Source: Mobula hypostoma (lineage: Eukaryota). From it: a DNA stretch of 64,000 nt. The notes beneath the pieces are model-generated. The model worked only from the letters and a program-made list of their open reading frames with translations, had not been told where the DNA came from and ran no database searches. Below, piece after piece: positions 58,701 through 64,000 of the stretch (positions within the stretch are counted from its first letter, which is position 1; every line of letters begins with the position of its first letter). The stretch lies in NCBI RefSeq assembly GCF_963921235.1, contig NC_086097.1:99884001-99948000 (forward strand), written 5' to 3'. The translations under genes were made by a program, and so were the position numbers.

Positions 58701-60599
58701 TCGAGTTTAAAGATCTCATTAAAAACCCTGTTTAACTCACTGCACAGCTTTGTATATGTGCACTGCAAGGGCAGTGGAATACCTCAATCTTTGCCCCTCT
58801 TATAGGGTTTAAAAGAAATTTGCCACAAAAACCCCTTGATTGTATTTTACATCTTCAAAAAGCGAGGTTATTGTTGTAGAACCTTTTTTCAAAAGCTACT
58901 GTGTTACATGAGATTCTGTCGATGCTGGAAAACTGGAGCAACACATACGTAGTGCTGGAGGAACTCAGCAAGTTAGGCAAGATCTGTGGGGGGAAATAAT
59001 AGTCAACGTTTTGGGCTGAAGTCTTTGATCCTTCACCACCGACTTACTGAGCTCCCCCAGTACCATGTGTGTGGTATTTTATTAAATTGTGCACATGAGT
59101 TTGAACCTGTAGAGCAATATTGTATTGGGCTTGCACTGAGAAATGTGGAACCATTCCAATCCTACTGGAGCTGAATATTTGATGGGCAGTGTGGATCATA
59201 ACAATGTGGAATATGCTGATCTTAGGAAAATGTGTAGTTTAGTCCCTAAACAATGGAAAACTGCAGTTGCACAAAACATTAGCTACACTGTAGCTAGAGT
59301 ATTGTATGCAGTTCTGATTGCTACACTATAGGAGGGATGTAAGTAGCAATGGAGGGAGTATCAGGCTGTAATCTTGAGCGTGGAGGGTAGAAATTATAAG
59401 TAGATAATGGATAGTTTTGATTTATTCTCTCCTGAATGTAGGAGGTTGAGGAGATGGCCTCATGGATGTCTGTAACATTGAGGTTTATATATAGCCAGGA
59501 GAGTCCACAACTAGAGGGCATGGGCTTGAGGTGAAAGGGGAGAAATTCAATGGAGATCTGAAAGGCAGGTTTTTCTACACGCAGGGTGAATATTTGGAGT
59601 GGAGGAGGTGGTTGAGGCTGATGCAATTACAACATTTAAAAGATGTTTGGCAAAGCACTTGGATACGAAAGGAGTTGAGGGTCATGGGCCTAATGAAGCC
59701 AAATTGGGGTTGAGTAGGTGGGCATCAAGGCTGGCATGGAAGAGTTGGGCTGAAAGGGCCCTTTTCCAGTATAATTCTGAATCTCTGACTTGTGCTTGAT
59801 TATACTGAGTTGTGATTCTGGCTTGGTGTTGGCTGGATGGAGACCAAGGAATTTATTTAATGCAAGTTATTGCCATCATCCTGTCTATGTGCTTCTACTG
59901 AGGTTGTACAAATTCTTACATCAATAATTGTCCCTGCACTTTCTCTTTCCCACTGCCTTTAAAGAGGAGGACCATTAGGACTGTAAATGTTCTGATCAAC
60001 AATCCTTCGTCAATTTTGGCAGCAGTAACCTTTATCTGGCTATTTAGCATAGTGGTTCGCACAGTATTTAGAGTACAGGCAACCTGGCTTCAATTCCTGC
60101 CATTGCCTGTAAGGAGTTGGTAAGTTCTCCCTGTGACCGTGTGGGTTTCCTCCAGGTGCTCCTGTTTCCTCCCACAGTCCAAAGACGTGCTGGTTGGTAG
60201 GTTAATTGGCTAGGATTAATTTGGGGGTTGCTGGGTGGTGTGACTCGAAGGGCCAGAAAGGCCTGCCCTGTGCTGAATCTCAATTAAATAAAAATAAAAT
60301 ATTCAGTTTGTGAGATTTTTCTGCAGTTCTATTTAGCATGTACCCATGTAACCTTTGTGACAAATTTTGTTCGGTTAGTAAGATGACAATTGTGGTGAAT
60401 GTTGTAAAGTTGATAAGGTGGTACAGAACAATAAGTTCACTTGTAAAGAAATAAAAGATTGCACAAAGACACTAGTCAGTGGAGATTGTAACTGGATGCC
60501 AAACAGTTGATTAAAGTGAAGTGTTGCAGGTTTTGAGAATAGGAGCAGTGTAAATTATCACTGTGGTGCTGTGGAGATGGGTTCTGATTTGGGGATGTC

Positions 60600-61780
60600 A
60601 ACACGGCTTTGTGTATAGAGAAACGTGTCTGACAAATCTCTTGGTATTCTTTGAGGAAGTAACCAAGAAAAAAGGAGAGGTTAGAGTGGTTAGCTATTGT
60701 CTGTGTGAACTTTTGACAAGGGCCTTCATGGCAGGCTAGTCTGGAAGGTTAGATTGCATGGGATTGGGAGGAGATGTCTGACTGGATTCATAATTGGCTC
60801 TCTGGTAGGAAACAGAGCATGATAGTCGAGGGCAGGCCAATGTCTAGGTATGTCAGAGCGGTTGGTGCTGAAAACGTTGTTGTTTTATGAATTACATAAA
60901 TTATTTGGATGTGAATGTACAAGGCATGGTTAGTAAGTTTGCAGATGATGCTAAAATAGCTGGTGTTGTAGATAGTGTAGAGGGTTATGAAAAATCACAG
61001 GGAGATCTTGATCATCTAGATATGTGGGCTGAGGCTAGGCAGATAAATGTGAGGGGTTGCACTGGGGAGATCAAACCAGGGTAGGAGGCGTAGTGAATGG
61101 TAGGGTCTTGTGGAGTGTTATGGAAGAGGGACCTAGGAGTGCGTGTGCATAGTTTGCTGAAAGTGGCATCACAGGTAAATAGGGTGATGAAGGTGTTTGG
61201 CATGCTAGTCTTCATCAGCCAGAGCATTGAATATAGGTGTTAGGATGTTCCATGTGGTTATATAAGACATTGGTGAGGCCACATTTGGAGTATTCTGTAT
61301 AATTTTGGTCACCCTGTAATTGGAAAGATGTTATTAAACTAAAAAGCATGCAGAAAAGATTTACTGCGATGTTGCCAGGACTTGGGAGTCTGAGTTAGAG
61401 GATCTATAGGTTTGGACTTTATTCCTCGAATTTAGGAGATTGAGAGGTGACTTGATAGAGATATACATGATAATTTGAGGCATTGACAGGGTGAAAGTAC
61501 ATAGTCTTTTTCGAGGGTGGGGGTGCTGAAAACAAGAGAGCATAAGTTTAAAATTAGCAGCAAGACTTTTAAAAGGACACTAGGAGTGGCTTCTTCATGC
61601 AGAGGATGTTGTGCATTTGGAATGAATTGCTAGAACAAGTGATTGAGACAGGCACATTAGCAACACTGAAAAGCCATCTAGTTGAGTACATGGATAGGAG
61701 AGGTTTACAGGGCTATGGGCCAAATAGGAGCGACAATCTGCATGGAAGAATTGGGCAGAAAGGCCCTTTTCCGTGCAGAT
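60600..61780 (+). mobile_element. CR1 LINE ORF2 3' half, degenerate
   Basis: SKFADDAKIAGVVDS and downstream CR1 C-terminal motifs. Confidence 0.8.
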
Positions 61781-62189
61781 TTGAAAATGAACATAATAAT
61801 CCAAAAAGTAGATGTTCATGTTTAAAAAAAAGATAAGCAGTATTCCTTTATTTTTTAACATCAAAGCATTGAATATCACTGAAGTAAATAAATATTATGA
61901 AATATGTATTCCAATGTAAAACATAGCAGTTTATTTGTGTTTTAATTCAGACAGAAATAGATGTAGGAGAGAAATGGAAAGGGTACGTTTGGAATTACTA
62001 TAGCATGTCATCCAGAATGGGAACTTCAAAAACCTTTTACGAAAATAATAACCTCTGATAGATTTCCCTGAATTGTAAAACATTTCAGTCGAGGTTATGC
62101 CCACTAGTAACAGTGACTGGGTATTTTGATACCATTAGAGAGGAAAGCAACTCTACTGAATAATCATACTTTCAAAAATTTTTCTTTAG

Positions 62190-62296
62190 GCTTTGAGTGA
62201 GCGTTTCTGTGGAGAAATAGCAGATGACCGAATGGCTTATAGCTGCTTCTTCCCTGACGAATATTTTACTTGCTCCTGCACATGTCTCAGCTGTGG
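62190..62296 (+). CDS. ZFYVE1: ZFYVE1 coding exon 4
   Basis: Acceptor tttctttag|, ALSERFCGEIADDRMAYSCFFPDEYFTCSCTCLSC(G), donor GG|gtaagt. 107 nt. Confidence 0.96.
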
Positions 62297-62499
62297 GTAA
62301 GTGAATATCTATACATCCTGATGCAGGGCTTTGACTGAAAACATTGACAGTTCCTTTCCTCCAGTAGACTCTGCTCAAACCACTGAGTTCGTCTAACAGA
62401 TTGTTTGTTGATAATGATACCAGCATTTGCAGTCTTCAGTGTGCATGTGTGCGTGTGTGTGTATGTGTATGTATATGTGCATGTGTGCATATGTGTATG

Positions 62500-62688
62500 T
62501 GTGATCATTCCATGGTCAAAGTCACTTAGATCACATTTCTTCTCCATTTTGATGTTTGGTCTGAATAACACTGAACCACTTGACCTTGTCTGCATGCTTT
62601 TATGCATTGACTTTCTGCCACACATTTGGCTGATTAGATATTTACATTAATGATCTTTATTTGCATTAAAGTGGCCATTGAGTGTATA
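62500..62688 (-). mobile_element. Tc1-like non-autonomous fragment next to a (TG)-rich microsatellite
   Basis: Ends aaagtggccattgagtg followed by TA; reverse frame KKCDLSDFDHGMI resembles a Tc1 transposase N-terminus. Confidence 0.7.
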
Positions 62689-63313
62689 CTATTTTTTAAT
62701 TGGCCAAAGGAGATTTATTGTGTTGTACATGTGCAGCATGGATGTAATTATCATGAAACCAGAGCATTTGGGGCATAGATATTCCTATAAAACCACACAA
62801 ACTTCAACAGTGCAGTCTCACTTTATGGTTGAGCTCATAAAGCAGTGCTGTTGAATGGGATACATTCATTGAAAGGATTAGTCTAATTTGAGCCCGGGCT
62901 TCTCACATCTTCAGTCAATGGAACTGTAAAGAAAGAGATGGATGCCAGATGCAAGGGTAGCTGTGATTCTTGCAAGTTAAAGAAAACTTTATTGCATTTT
63001 TGTTAAACTGATCATTTTTTAACTTTGTGATTCCAAAAAAGAGCCCAGAGATTTCAGCTAGTCGGTAAATCCAGGTTGCTGCCAATGACTTTCAAATAGG
63101 TGGTGGTGGAAAGACATTGAAGAAGAGTATATTTGTCCCTCTCCAGATGTTTGGAAGCACAGAAGATTTAAAAGAAAATATAAATTGTAATGGTCAAAAA
63201 TGATGGGCATTTTCTCTTAGTCTGGCAATTGAAATTTTGTAGTGACAAAAGGAACCACTTTGAACACCCAGATATGGTGCCATGCTCAGAGTTATGTTGT
63301 TGGTCTGGTTTAG

Positions 63314-63422
63314 GGTTGGCTGCAAGAACAGTATGAACCATGCAAAGGATGGCATTCGTCATGAAGCTCAAAGCCGCTGCAGCTACTCACACCAATATGA
63401 TAACAGAGTGTATACTTGCAAG
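63314..63422 (+). CDS. ZFYVE1: ZFYVE1 coding exon 5 (gene continues beyond window)
   Basis: Acceptor ggtttag|, (G)VGCKNSMNHAKDGIRHEAQSRCSYSHQYDNRVYTCK, donor |gtgagt. 109 nt. Confidence 0.96.
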
Positions 63423-64000
63423 GTGAGTTTGTTTTCCATTATACTTCTGTTGTTAAACCTAGCTTGCTGAAGAGATCAGTGGATATGCAGAGAAAAGGCA
63501 ATAATTCTACATTGTAAAACAGTTCAGGACCAGCATATTTTATAAATTGTACTTGATTCATGCCTCATAATTCCCTTCCAGAATTATGATGTAAACTTGT
63601 GTTTTTAAAAATCCTTATTGATATCTGTAGAATACCTATATTTATCAGTTGGTTTTGACCCTTATGACAACTTCTCTGCCTGGAGATGTGCTGGGCCAGG
63701 CCAGGTGGATTGTTGAGGGATGGTTTCTGTTGTGTGAATTAGGTCACCGGAGAAAGGTACTTGTAGATATGAAGCAGCCTCTTTATTCGACAAAACAAGA
63801 TACAGCAGGATCATATTGAGACGCTTTCATTGCAAAGCACTGGCTGGCCCATGCTACCTGATATTTTATGTGCTAATCATCACAGGACAATTCCATATTT
63901 GCAATTCTTCCACAATGCTTTCTTTGAAACTACACACAAACTTCACACTTCCCGATTTGCATCCACACCAGACATCTATATGAATTTTAATCAGCATTGT

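Noticed and set aside
63729..64000. Possible LTR at the right edge
   Set aside because: TGTTG start and a reverse poly(A) signal are suggestive, but the other end lies outside the window, so it cannot be supported.

Overview
Repeat-dense vertebrate genomic DNA. The mix of CR1, Rex1/Babar, V-SINE, Penelope and fish-type L1 elements points to a cartilaginous fish, probably a ray or skate; this is an inference. One host gene is present: the first five coding exons of ZFYVE1/DFCP1 on the + strand (26335-26799, 32462-32966, 50599-50813, 62190-62296, 63314-63422), all with GT-AG introns and consistent phases, running off the right edge. It is preceded by a CpG island with a ZNF143-type motif. Almost everything else is transposon debris: RTE, CR1, Rex1/Babar, L1, Penelope-like elements with minimal hammerhead ribozyme motifs, Ty3/gypsy, BEL/Pao, a solo LTR, hAT elements, Tc1/pogo MITEs and SINEs, often deeply nested. 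The least explained parts are (i) a ~2.1 kb composite array upstream of the promoter (22930-24951) with four conserved cores, a self-complementary cassette and a variant telomeric tract, (ii) an abundant family of Penelope-derived hairpin mini-elements, (iii) three copies of a ~680 bp non-coding LINE-like element inside one L1, and (iv) a near-perfect 14 x 55 bp intronic minisatellite. All family names come from recognising motifs by eye; no database search was run.
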